From Squatina squatina (taxonomy: Eukaryota), in contig JARFOE010000080.1 of the NCBI GenBank assembly GCA_031763465.1, forward strand, positions 9,557,159 to 9,594,073: a stretch of DNA of 36,915 nucleotides, in the 5' to 3' direction. Position numbers and translations under genes: made by a program. Below, piece after piece: positions 22,151 through 32,560 of the stretch. The notes below the pieces were generated by a model. The model ran no database searches. It worked only from the letters and a program-made list of their open reading frames with translations, and was not told the DNA's origin. Position 1 is the first letter of the stretch; the number at the start of each line of letters is the position of its first letter.

Positions 22151-23407
22151 CTGGATAATGTACTCCAGAGCACAGATAAACAATAGAGGTAAGCACGGGT
22201 GCAGGAAAGGGAGAGTATGNNNNNNNNNNNNNNNNNNNNNNNNNNNNNNNNNNNNNNNNNNNNNNNNNNNNNNNNNNNNNNNNNNNNNNNNNNNNNNNNN
22301 NNNNNNNNNNNNNNNNNNNCTGTATCAACTGAGAGAAGTGATCAATAAGCTGTATGTGGCTGTTTGTCTCAGATTGAGAATGCCCCCTGCTAGACATTGT
22401 TTTCACTGCACTGACTTTCCACAAAGTATAGCATGACCGCCCCACATGCGATGCTGACATAAGTTGAAGCTAATGAAGGCAGATATATAACATGAAGAAT
22501 TGCCCAGAGCACTTTCTGGACGTATTGCTGTTACACAGACACATGCAGGACAGCTTCCAGTGAAACAAATTAACAATAGTTATATCCATCATCCGTTACA
22601 GGTCGTCAAACCTGGACAATGTCTGCACCCAAGAAGCATAACATGTCAATCATGCTCTTTATTTAAGCAGTGCAAAATCAACTAGCGGGACACCCTATGG
22701 CTATGCAATGAGATTATTATGGATGGCAGGCACAACAAAAGGCTGAAGATAGGTTGAATTAGAGTAGGAGAAAGACCCAGGTGTATACCAGGCATGACAT
22801 CTAATCAGTACTGAATGTCACTAGCTATCACTTGCAGAAAGAAATTTGAAAAGTGACAAGACTATTTTCAGCAGCATTTTTATTCTGGAAGTGTATACTC
22901 TATGTTTTTTTGTTTGGATCTGAACTGCTTTATGACCTAATAATGATATCCATCAAGAAGACCGACGCTCACAAAGACTCCTCCAGGCAAAGAGTCCTCC
23001 AAGTTCAGCTCTGTAGCATTGGGAAGTCTGCATGTGAGGTAGCTGGTGATGGCATTTGCAAACCCCTGGGCATGATAGAACTTTGTTTTAATGATGGTTT
23101 TCCTTTTCAAACAGCTCATTACAGACTGAGCTAGAACTGAAAATACTGTGTATTGAACTGAAGGCTCAACACTAACAAGGTTTTTTTTTACAATCAGTTA
23201 CTGGAATGGAATAATAATTACACAAAAGTGACTTATTTCCATCTGTCATTTCTGCGGCACTTATTAAATTCTGGATGGCAGTCAGAGTTGTGAATTTCAA
23301 ATGACTACATTTCAAAACGGTTTAGTGTGCGGACAGTGACTGATTGCATTAGAAATTATAATCCCTGTTCTCATTAGGAAATGGATAGACAATACAGCCA
23401 TTATCTT

Positions 23408-23481
23408 ATTGAATGGAGGAGCGGGCTCGAGGGGCCGAGTGGACTATGCCTGCTCCTATTTCTTATGCTCTTATGTTCTTA
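23408..23481 (+). mobile_element. CR1 3' tail
   Basis: attgaatggaggagcgggctcgaggggccgagtgg..cctgctcctatttcttatgctcttatgttctta. Confidence 0.85.
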
Positions 23482-23709
23482 TCCAGTTTACTAAAATATC
23501 TGGAGTTCAAAATAATGTTTCATACAGNNNNNNNNNNNNNNNNNNNNNNNNNNNNNNNNNNNNNNNNNNNNNNNNNNNNNNNNNNNNNNNNNNNNNNNNN
23601 NNNNNNNNNNNNNNNNNNNNNNNNNNNAAAAATTACTTTTTGTTATGTTAATTATTACATTACTCAGAACTGCCTACTGATAATAATGTAAACAATATTC
23701 TGGAGCCCA

Positions 23710-23850
23710 CCGAAGGCTTAGCAGGGTTATACATTGAATAGCTGAATGTACAGGCTGGGTTGGTCCCAAGTTTGATCCTCAGTCTGTGTTGAGTTAGCTA
23801 AGGTTAGCCAGGTGGCAGTAGAGGTGCTTCAGTTGCTGCTGACCATTGCC
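23710..23850 (+). mobile_element. tRNA-derived SINE 5' part, decayed
   Basis: ggtcccaagtttgatcctcagtctgtgttgagttagct..ccaggtggcagtagaggtgct (B-box-like GTTTGATCC). Confidence 0.45.
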
Positions 23851-24685
23851 GAGAAACTCCGACTGGGAACGTCAATTTATGAAGGTTGCATGAAAACCAA
23901 GTTTGGCTGTGAAACTCCTCTAGTTAAAAAGTCTTCATACACGCAGCTGTGAAGGCTTTTACATAAATAATGGCCACCTGGCCAAGATAACCAGAGGGTG
24001 AATAACATCTGAAGAACGATACCCCAGTAAGAAATCAACAGCTTTAGGGAAAATATGCGAGAGAGAGAAAAAAAAAGATGCCATGCAACCATGTCACAAA
24101 GCTGTACCCTTACACTTTAAAGGTGAACATGTACGTTTTCAGCAGTGAAACCAAAGGTCACATTGGTATCACTTAAAGTGGTCCATCATGTTGCTTATTA
24201 CCAGATGATTTGATTAGCGTCATTGGCTGATTTAATCATTTGCAGTCAAACAGTAGAGTGTATTTTTCAAAACGTCATTGGGGCTGATGGTCTTACTTCA
24301 CTCGGTAACTCTGTTCAGCTGTTCCTGTACAATTTGTTTATAATTACACCAAGCACAAAGAATTCTATAAATATAGTACAAAGAGATTGAATAAAGTGGA
24401 AATCTGGGCCATGTGGCCACTGTCTGAGCTGGAGATTTTCACTTCACAGCGACTCCGTTTGAAGAACTTACAGTTGTGTCCATTAACAAGAAGCAGGTGT
24501 GTCCTGCTTTTACACANNNNNNNNNNNNNNNNNNNNNNNNNNNNNNNNNNNNNNNNNNNNNNNNNNNNNNNNNNNNNNNNNNNNNNNNNNNNNNNNNNNN
24601 NNNNNNNNNNNNNNNNGTACACCTACAAAGGAAACGGTAGGCTTAGTCTTTGAACAGGGTATTATTAGATTCAACTGTGACCTGG

Positions 24686-25215
24686 CATTGGCGAGCAGGA
24701 TGGAGACACGAAATAAAAGAAGCTTGTCATTAGAGAGCTAATGGTGAAAGCAACATGAGAATCCAGTGTAGACGGAGAACAATGAGTAACATCAAAGTCT
24801 GTTCGTCAGCTGAGCTGAAAAGGAACAACAGGAAATTAGAAAACATGTGCAGGAGAAAGGACAAAAGTTGGGCAGCCATAAGGCCGAGGGGAGAAAGTAG
24901 CGCACGGACATAGAAAACATGGGGGTGTTGAAAGAATAAACAGAGGGAGAACCAACAATCAGCATAAGAACCAGCTGGTGGAAATCGGAGAAACAAAGGG
25001 GGCAAGAAGAAAGGGAAGATAAGAAAAATTAAAAGACAGCCACATGAGCCAGAAGCAAGGGAACAGAGGAAACCTGTCAAGAACCTAAAGTAAAACTGAT
25101 AAAGGAAGAGAAAGACTGGTTGGAGGCAAGAACCAACAGGAAGGAAAGATAAAGATCAAAAGATCATGCTCTAGCCTGAAGGGAAGGACGACCAGAGTGG
25201 AAGAAAGAAGATTTC
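24686..25215 (+). mobile_element. Possible LTR-retroelement remnant: primer-binding site and decayed purine-rich gag-like region
   Basis: CA-T-TGGCGAGCAGGATGG (24689-24703) is 13/15 identical to TGGCGACGAGGATGG, the complement of the tRNA-Ser(GCU) 3' end. About 500 bp of strongly A/G-biased sequence follows. Confidence 0.35.
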
Positions 25216-26906
25216 ACTTCTGATTAAATCAGTCCTATTATGCAAAACTCTGTGTATTGACTCGTGAAACATATGTATTTACCAAATAGTTTGTAAACGA
25301 ATGAACATTACATATATAATGGAAAAGCAAAAGTGAACTTTCTCTATGTTTCTGCCTTCTCTGACCTCAGGATTCGATTTTCTAAACCTTCACAAATAAC
25401 TGGTCTATACCCGGTTACTATTAGTTCTGTAATGTCCTACAATTGGATCAGATTTAGAAATAGTATGCAACACAATTCAACATTGAATTAAAAGGGCCAG
25501 CCATGGTTTCTNNNNNNNNNNNNNNNNNNNNNNNNNNNNNNNNNNNNNNNNNNNNNNNNNNNNNNNNNNNNNNNNNNNNNNNNNNNNNNNNNNNNNNNNN
25601 NNNNNNNNNNNCTGTACTGCACTGCTTTTGGAGGTATAGCAGCTGGCGGCCAAGTTAAGACTTTATGAACTCATTTCACTTCAGAACTTTACACCGAGCA
25701 AAGTGGAGACATTTTCTCCCATTAATATGAGCTGATCCAAAGGAGAAAAGTAAATATACTAACACAGTGCAATGCTAAATCTTTGGCAATGGATGTTGCT
25801 CACAGTAGCTGTTGAATTTGAAATATGTGTGTTAAGTTACAAGTGATTAGTTATGTCCTAGTCACATGTGGGTTCATTATTATATTGAAGTACTTAAAAC
25901 AAAATAAGTAACTGTTTCAGATTAATTATGAAGGTTTTGTATTGTGGAATCTTAATATTAGCTTGCCTTTGATTCTATAACCTCTGGTTACTCCCAGGAC
26001 ACACATTCAATATTTTTCAGAATGCCTAGTTTGCTTTATTCCCATTACATACCTGGAACCTTAATTTTGGTGGGTTATGATCGGTGCTGGCTACATTAGT
26101 GCATTTAGAAATTGATGATTGCAACTCAAAATCCCTATGCAATTCTAGTTTTTGGAAACATGCTTGCTACTGAAAACCGACACTTGGTATTCCCCTAATG
26201 ATTCTGAAATATTAAATAAAATTGACGTGAAATATATTATATTCTTGCCTTACTTGGTTGAANNNNNNNNNNATGAATGTATAATTTAGTGACACTTGCT
26301 GAATATTCAGTGGCCGTTTTGTTAACAGTTTGCCTTCCATTTGAATAGTTTTAGGAGTATTAGAATATTCTGAAGTATAAACTTAGCAATGCATAATCTG
26401 AATGAAAAATCACAATTTAAAGTTATTAATACATGAAGTTTGCAGTGGAATCTTTATTGTGACAGCAAATGTTTTTGAAAACCATTGGCTATTTGGTGAA
26501 CATATAGTTGTTCCTGTCAGTGTATTGTCTGTTATTGGTCTGGTAGAGGAATCTGTCAAGATTAACTATTATAGTCAATCTGTGTGCCTTTTGTTTGGTG
26601 AGGTCATATCAGCACAAGTACTTAAATGCACTACTGAGGAATTATTTGTAATTCATTGTATTTACAATAACATTCATATGCTTTGCAGATCTAAGGTATC
26701 TTATAATGCTGCTCAGAGAATTCAAGTTAATAGTCTGAAAACTGAAGGATTAATAGGATATGAAAATTCAGAATACATTGACTATAAACGTCATACATCC
26801 AATATTAATAGGAATGATTTGCCTTGGAATGTGTGGCAGCAAAATTTAACTTTTGTGGTATTGAATCAGTGGCACATTATACACCATAACCAGTTTTTGA
26901 GTCAAT

Positions 26907-27345
26907 GGGCTGAATTTTAATGGGGAAAGCAGATTGGGAGCGGAGGTCTCCGAAAAGGTTGGGAAACATGGGAGAACTGGCTTCCCACATACCCTGCTGA
27001 CTTTAATGGCAGNNNNNNNNNNNNNNNNNNNNNNNNNNNNNNNNNNNNNNNNNNNNNNNNNNNNNNNNNNNNNNNNNNNNNNNNNNNNNNNNNNNNNNNN
27101 NNNNNNNNNNNNGCTAACTTGGGGCCCCTTAGTGCTGAAATTAGCACATTTTTTAAAGCTGCCAGAGATTTTTTTTCTATGTCCCGAATTGCAGGGCTTT
27201 AAGGGGCAGCTCTTAAACGGGAGCTTAGCACTCAACAATTCGTCCATTAGTGCCAGTAACTCAGGGAGGTCGAATTGACCGCCCTCCAACTTTAGGAAAA
27301 TTCATCGCTTTGTCCAGACTGAAATGGGTCAGTGCAAATTCCTGG
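26907..27345. mobile_element. Non-autonomous Harbinger-like element fragment(s) spanning a gap
   Basis: Abrupt GC rise starting GGGCTGAATTTT; CpG-containing block either side of the gap 27013-27112. Confidence 0.45.
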
Positions 27346-28281
27346 CTTGGGTGCCTCAAAGGTAATGTTTTGCTGCCTAGCTGCTGCAAATGTTCTTCTA
27401 TAGACTGCTGAGTATACTTAATGAGTTCACTACAACTATTATTAAGATTAAAAAAGAACTACTACGCCTACATTGCTGGTCACTTAATAACATGTACCTT
27501 TAAATGTCACTGTCCATTTGATTACCTCTTCACCTATGCAGCACAACCTCGATTAAATCCAGCCAACTGTTTAGATAACAATAGCAAGGCAAAGAATGGG
27601 CATGTTATGCATACAAATACACAAGACATCTACAGATAGAATTAAACAGCTGGTAGTACATTTAAGGCAGCAGTTCCTGCTTGTGTGTTATGCCATTTTT
27701 AATTTTCTAGACATTCATTTTTGTGCTTATTTTTAAAATCCTTAACGTGAACATTGTAAGGGAGAATTGATGGAGTATTCAGAATCATAAAATGTTTCTT
27801 AATTCATTGAGAATTGGTGCATCCTGTTGCAGCTTTCAATTTGGTCACAAAATGTGTCTTCTTTCACTAGTGGGTTAAGTGTCATGAGCAGTAAGCTATG
27901 AAGTCCCCTTGAATTTAAGAGGAGTGAGCAGGAGTTCAATTAGCTTGAAGCATTTGTCACTTATATTTACATTGCTACCTTTGAGGCAGATTTTTCACAA
28001 AGCTTTCTCTTCACAAGGTCAATGACTTCCAGCATTTTACCACTGCAGCATTTCTGTGTGTGTAAGTTATTTTTAAAATGTTTATGCTTTGATTAGTAAA
28101 ATTTTGTGTTCAATGGTGACAAATTGGCAAAGCTCCGTTTTCAGTCTCCTTTGTGAGGACCTGCAAATGGATGATGTACAGCAAATCAATTACAGGAGCT
28201 TCAACCAACCTATCATAAGGGATGTTGCATTCATTGAACTGTATCTTTCCTGCACCCAGTGTGCTTGGGAGCTCTTGTTTT

Positions 28282-29227
28282 GGAGGGCGAGAGAAAACAG
28301 AGAACTATAGGCCAGTTAGCATTTTTTATTATTTGTTCATAGAATGTGTGCATCACTGGCAAGGCCAGCATTTATTGCCCATCCCTAATTGCCCTAAAGA
28401 AGGTAAATCACCTTCTTGAACCGCTGCAATCCTTGTGGTGNNNNNNNNNNNNNNNNNNNNNNNNNNNNNNNNNNNNNNNNNNNNNNNNNNNNNNNNNNNN
28501 NNNNNNNNNNNNNNNNNNNNNNNNNNNNNNNNNNNNNNNNTATTCTAAACAATGGTTGAAATGGGAAGGTATAGGCTAATACTGCGCTGTCTCTAAATAT
28601 AATTTTCATTTGGGCCTGTCAACCGAATCAGTAACCCATAACAATCTGACTTAGGCTGAACCAGCACCGTTTTATGAAAGGGAAATTGTGTTTGACACAT
28701 CTATTTTGAGGGTGTAACTAGCAGGGTAGCTAAGAGGAAACAGTTCATGTAGTATATTTGGATTTTCAGAGGCATTCGATAAGGTGCAATACAAGTTTGG
28801 GGCTGATGGGATTGGAAGTAATATATTTGCATGGATTCAGGATTGGTTAATGGATGAAAAACAGAGAGTAGGAATAAATGGGTAATTTTCGGGTTGGCAG
28901 GCTGTACTGCAAGGATCAGTGCTTGAGTCTCAGCTATTCACAATGTATTAATGACTTAGATGAGGGGACCGAGTGTAATGTATCCAAGTTTGCTGATGAT
29001 ACAAAGCTAGGTGGGGAAGTAAGCTAGGCGGAGGACGCAAAAGTGTGCAAAGGGATATAGACAGGGTAAGTGTTTGGGCAAGAATGTGACAGATGGAGCA
29101 TAATGTGGGCAACGTTTCCTGTAATTATTTTTGGGTGCGTGCTCCCTTTAAAATTTCGCATGACCTCCAGACAACTAGCTTAGCGGGAACGTTGAATGTG
29201 GGTAAGTGCGAAATTATTCACTTTCAT
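28282..29227 (+). mobile_element. CR1 LINE ORF2 (RT) fragment, interrupted
   Basis: GGREKTENYRPVS (28282-28320), then NQHRFMKGKLCLTHL, YLDFQ/AFDKV, QGSVL..LF..INDLDEGTECNVSKFADDTKLGG, NVGKCEIIHF. Confidence 0.9.
28321..28440 (-). mobile_element. LINE/SINE 3' tail (family of 1-180) adjoining or inserted in the CR1
   Basis: ttttattatttgttcatag..ctggcaaggccagcatttattgcccatccctaattgcccta..ccttcttgaaccgctgca. Confidence 0.8.
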
Positions 29228-31704
29228 NNNNNNNNNNNNNNNNNNNNNNNNNNNNNNNNNNNNNNNNNNNNNNNNNNNNNNNNNNNNNNNNNNNNNNNNN
29301 NNNNNNNNNNNNNNNNNNNNNNNNNNNATTCCTATGGTCATCTTTCATACAGACAGCATTATCCCAATTTACAATAACTTTAAGCACTTCAAATTGCCTC
29401 TTTAAGCAGAAAGGTGAGATTTAAAGTTATTACTGGGAATGGTTCATGCCCTTTGGTTGTTGCCTTTTAAGGAGATCAGAACTTGAGACTGAACTGCATT
29501 AGTGATTTCCTTTTGTCACCACCATAATTATAATTGAGGGAGTCGGTGTACTGCGTCAAACTTTCTCCCTCTCTTTTAAAATGAAAAGGTTGACATGCAT
29601 TTTTGTTTGCTTTTGGAACAGCTTCGTGATGCATGTATGATTCATCCATTCTGAATGCACAATTATTTTTCTGCTAAAACCTTTGGGAACAAAGAGGTGT
29701 CACAACATCCAACAGTGGTGCCACTAATGTAGATACACCCATGCCCCTTCTATCAGCAAGCTGTTCAGCGCAAGCATAAATCATTCACAATTTTCCAGAA
29801 AGAAAAAGCACTTTAAGTAATTTTTTTTCCACTTCCTGCCGAATAAATCTTTTAGCTCGTTTAATTCTCCAGCTGTTTGCCTGATCACAAGATAAGCATA
29901 TTTCCATCATACTTTGTATTCCAATCCTGCTTTTTTGTTGTGGGCAACTAGTCAAACAGAGGCATATACATATTTTTATCTCCAGCCAAAAGCCAACCCC
30001 AGAGCAGCACAGGAAACATGCTTATTTTCCCTGTGAAGAAATGCAGATTGGATGCAGTAATAAGAAGTGTTATTTATCAGAGATAATGGCTATGGCAAAA
30101 ACAAAACAACCTTAGACAGACTACAGCCTGGCAAGCCTTCCCCAAATATGTATTTCATTTACAGACCACACAAGGTTATATTCCTGAGACATATTCCATA
30201 GTGCATAACACTATTGGTGGCAACAATATGTCTTGCATGTTTGAGTTATCCTTAAGCTTGTTCCTAGTACATTCCTAGTCTATATTTTAGACGAATGAAG
30301 GAAACATGGACAGAGTGAATACAGTTTTATCTTAGGTGCAAAAAAATCCAATATTTGCAGATTTACCCACGTTAATAACTCAATATTGGCATGTTAATAT
30401 TTTTTTGCTGCAATGTATTCCAGACTTTATCAACATGTAATAAGCTTAAGAGTGCTTAATCCTAAAAGTATATAAAGATCAGTTAATGGCAAAACATATA
30501 ACTTTAACTGTATAAGTGACTTTTCATGCTTATCACGGTACTGGATGACAGTGCTGGAAAATGGAAGAACATTTCTCATGCTTGTCATCCACTGCTAGCT
30601 TAAAACAATCCTAGGCTGGACATAGAACAACCAGATGTAAAGTAAAGCCACCTCAAATCTATGACAGCAGTAGAGGCGAAATTTGTCTCTGGCAGTAGTG
30701 TGAGACGAGCGATAGTGAAGCTACCGCCTGTTTTACACGCCGCCCAATGGAAAGCAAAATCAGTCAGAATGTAAAGCAGGCTGCTTTGCTGTTGCCTGCT
30801 TTGTGCTACTGCCCACAACAGATTTGACCGCCTTAATGTTTTAATCCCAATCACACAGGGACTGTAACATTTTTTTAAAAATGTTGTTTTAAAATTTTCT
30901 TTAAACATGTGTTTATTAATTATAAAAATATTGGAGATGGGATAACAGGCTGTTTGAATGGGTGGGCTTGTTGGAAGGGTGTGATGAAACTGCCAAGAAT
31001 ACGTCCCATGTTGGGAACCCTGACTGAATTGCGGNNNNNNNNNNNNNNNNNNNNNNNNNNNNNNNNNNNNNNNNNNNNNNNNNNNNNNNNNNNNNNNNNN
31101 NNNNNNNNNNNNNNNNNNNNNNNNNNNNNNNNNNCAACACATTCAAGTCCTTACTTAAATTCTTGCCCTTCCGGCAGGCTCCCTCTCAACTTACAGCAAG
31201 AGTAAATCAGAAGGGCTGCAGATTCTCAGTGCAGGTATGTTCAGGGCAGGAGGAAATTAGACAGAGAAACATTAGAAAACAGCAGCATGATACTTCAGGT
31301 GCAGCATTACAAAACAGCTGCAGTTGTAACTGCAACGTTTACCACATACAAATGAGTTCACACATGTGCACAGGATGTGCACTTTCATTGAAATAACTGT
31401 ACATGTGGCCCATTTCCTATTCCTGCACCATCTCTGGTGTTGCAGACAAGAGACAGGAGATCAAGGAAAGCCAAAGCTGCCTTCAGGATAGAACGAGGGA
31501 AAAAATAATGCAAAACATTTGTAATTTGAAATTGAGCACACCTTAGTTCATTGAATAGCCCGGGGCTCGAACTCTGCTCTGGGAAAGGAGTGGCTGTGTG
31601 TTCAAATCTTCCTGGAGTCTTAGCAATGTTAACTGATAATGATTTATAAAAGCTTGTAAACTATCAACTCTTCTGAGGAAGGATCTTCCCCCAATACTTT
31701 GTGT

Positions 31705-32025
31705 GCCACCTTGACTCAGCTGGTAGCACACACAATGTTATGCTGTGTGTTTGAAGGTGATGTGTTTCAGATGAGGCATTAAACTGAGGCCTATGCCTGT
31801 GCAGGTGAGTTTTGACGATGGCACTATTCAAAGAAAAGGAGGGCATTCTCCCAACAACCAATATTAAAAGAACAGATTAACTGTTAATTTATTTGTTTAC
31901 TGTCTGTGAAACATTGCTGCTGTAGATTGGCTACCGCTTTTGGCTATCAAACACTCTGCTCTTCAAAGGTAATTTCATTGCATGGAGAGCCTTGAAGTGA
32001 TAAGGCACAATAAGCACAAGTAGTA
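31705..32025 (+). mobile_element. DeuSINE, decayed near-full copy
   Basis: ttgactcagctggtagcac (A-box)..tttcagatgaggcattaaactgaggcc..atggcactattcaaagaa..aacagatta..attggct..cttcaaaggtaatttcattg. Confidence 0.75.
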
Positions 32026-32229
32026 GTATTGTACAAATGTTATTCATTAACTTCAGTTTAACTTCTCAAACAGATGGATGAGATGCGGATTTCTCACAGT
32101 TTGTTTCATTACTGTGTCTTGAAGATGAATATTACCCTTTCAACTGGGAAATATTAAAAGTATTCAAAACTAAACTAATAAAATACAAAGCTCTATTATT
32201 CAAACCTTATCTTGTTCCACGATTGACTT

Positions 32230-32560
32230 TAAGATTATTAAATGCCTGACTGCTGGGAACAGTCCCTGGCAGTCAGCTCAGTGGATCGGGGAGGGGTTCC
32301 ACATGCGATTGCAATCAGGGGAAGGGGAGAAGCATGGAGCCGGGGAGGGCCACGGTTTCCTTGTGGGGCCTGCTCCTCCTGGCCTAGTAGGAAACCATAA
32401 AAATAAAGATTGCTAACCTTTCCAGCTCTCTTCAGGGCTCCTTGGTGTTTGTTAATGCTGGAGAGGCTGGGACCAGAAACCAGTCTCGCTGAAAAGCGGT
32501 TAAAGTGGCGTTGATGTCTGAATGACCATCAGACCCTGATTTTTACCTGTTTGGGGTGAG
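32230..32560. mobile_element. Non-autonomous DNA-transposon fragment (Harbinger-like)
   Basis: GC-rich island with ttccttgtggggcctgctcctcctggcc, a motif recalled from shark non-autonomous elements; termini not resolved. Confidence 0.3.

Noticed and set aside
24730-25080. Hydrophobic 116-aa minus-strand ORF resembling a membrane protein
   Set aside because: By-product of the purine-rich plus strand, which gives F/L/S-rich codons on the minus strand.
30600-31205. ORFs of 98-180 aa spanning N runs (applies to most X-containing ORFs in the track)
   Set aside because: Length is inflated by 100-N placeholder gaps whose true size and frame are unknown.
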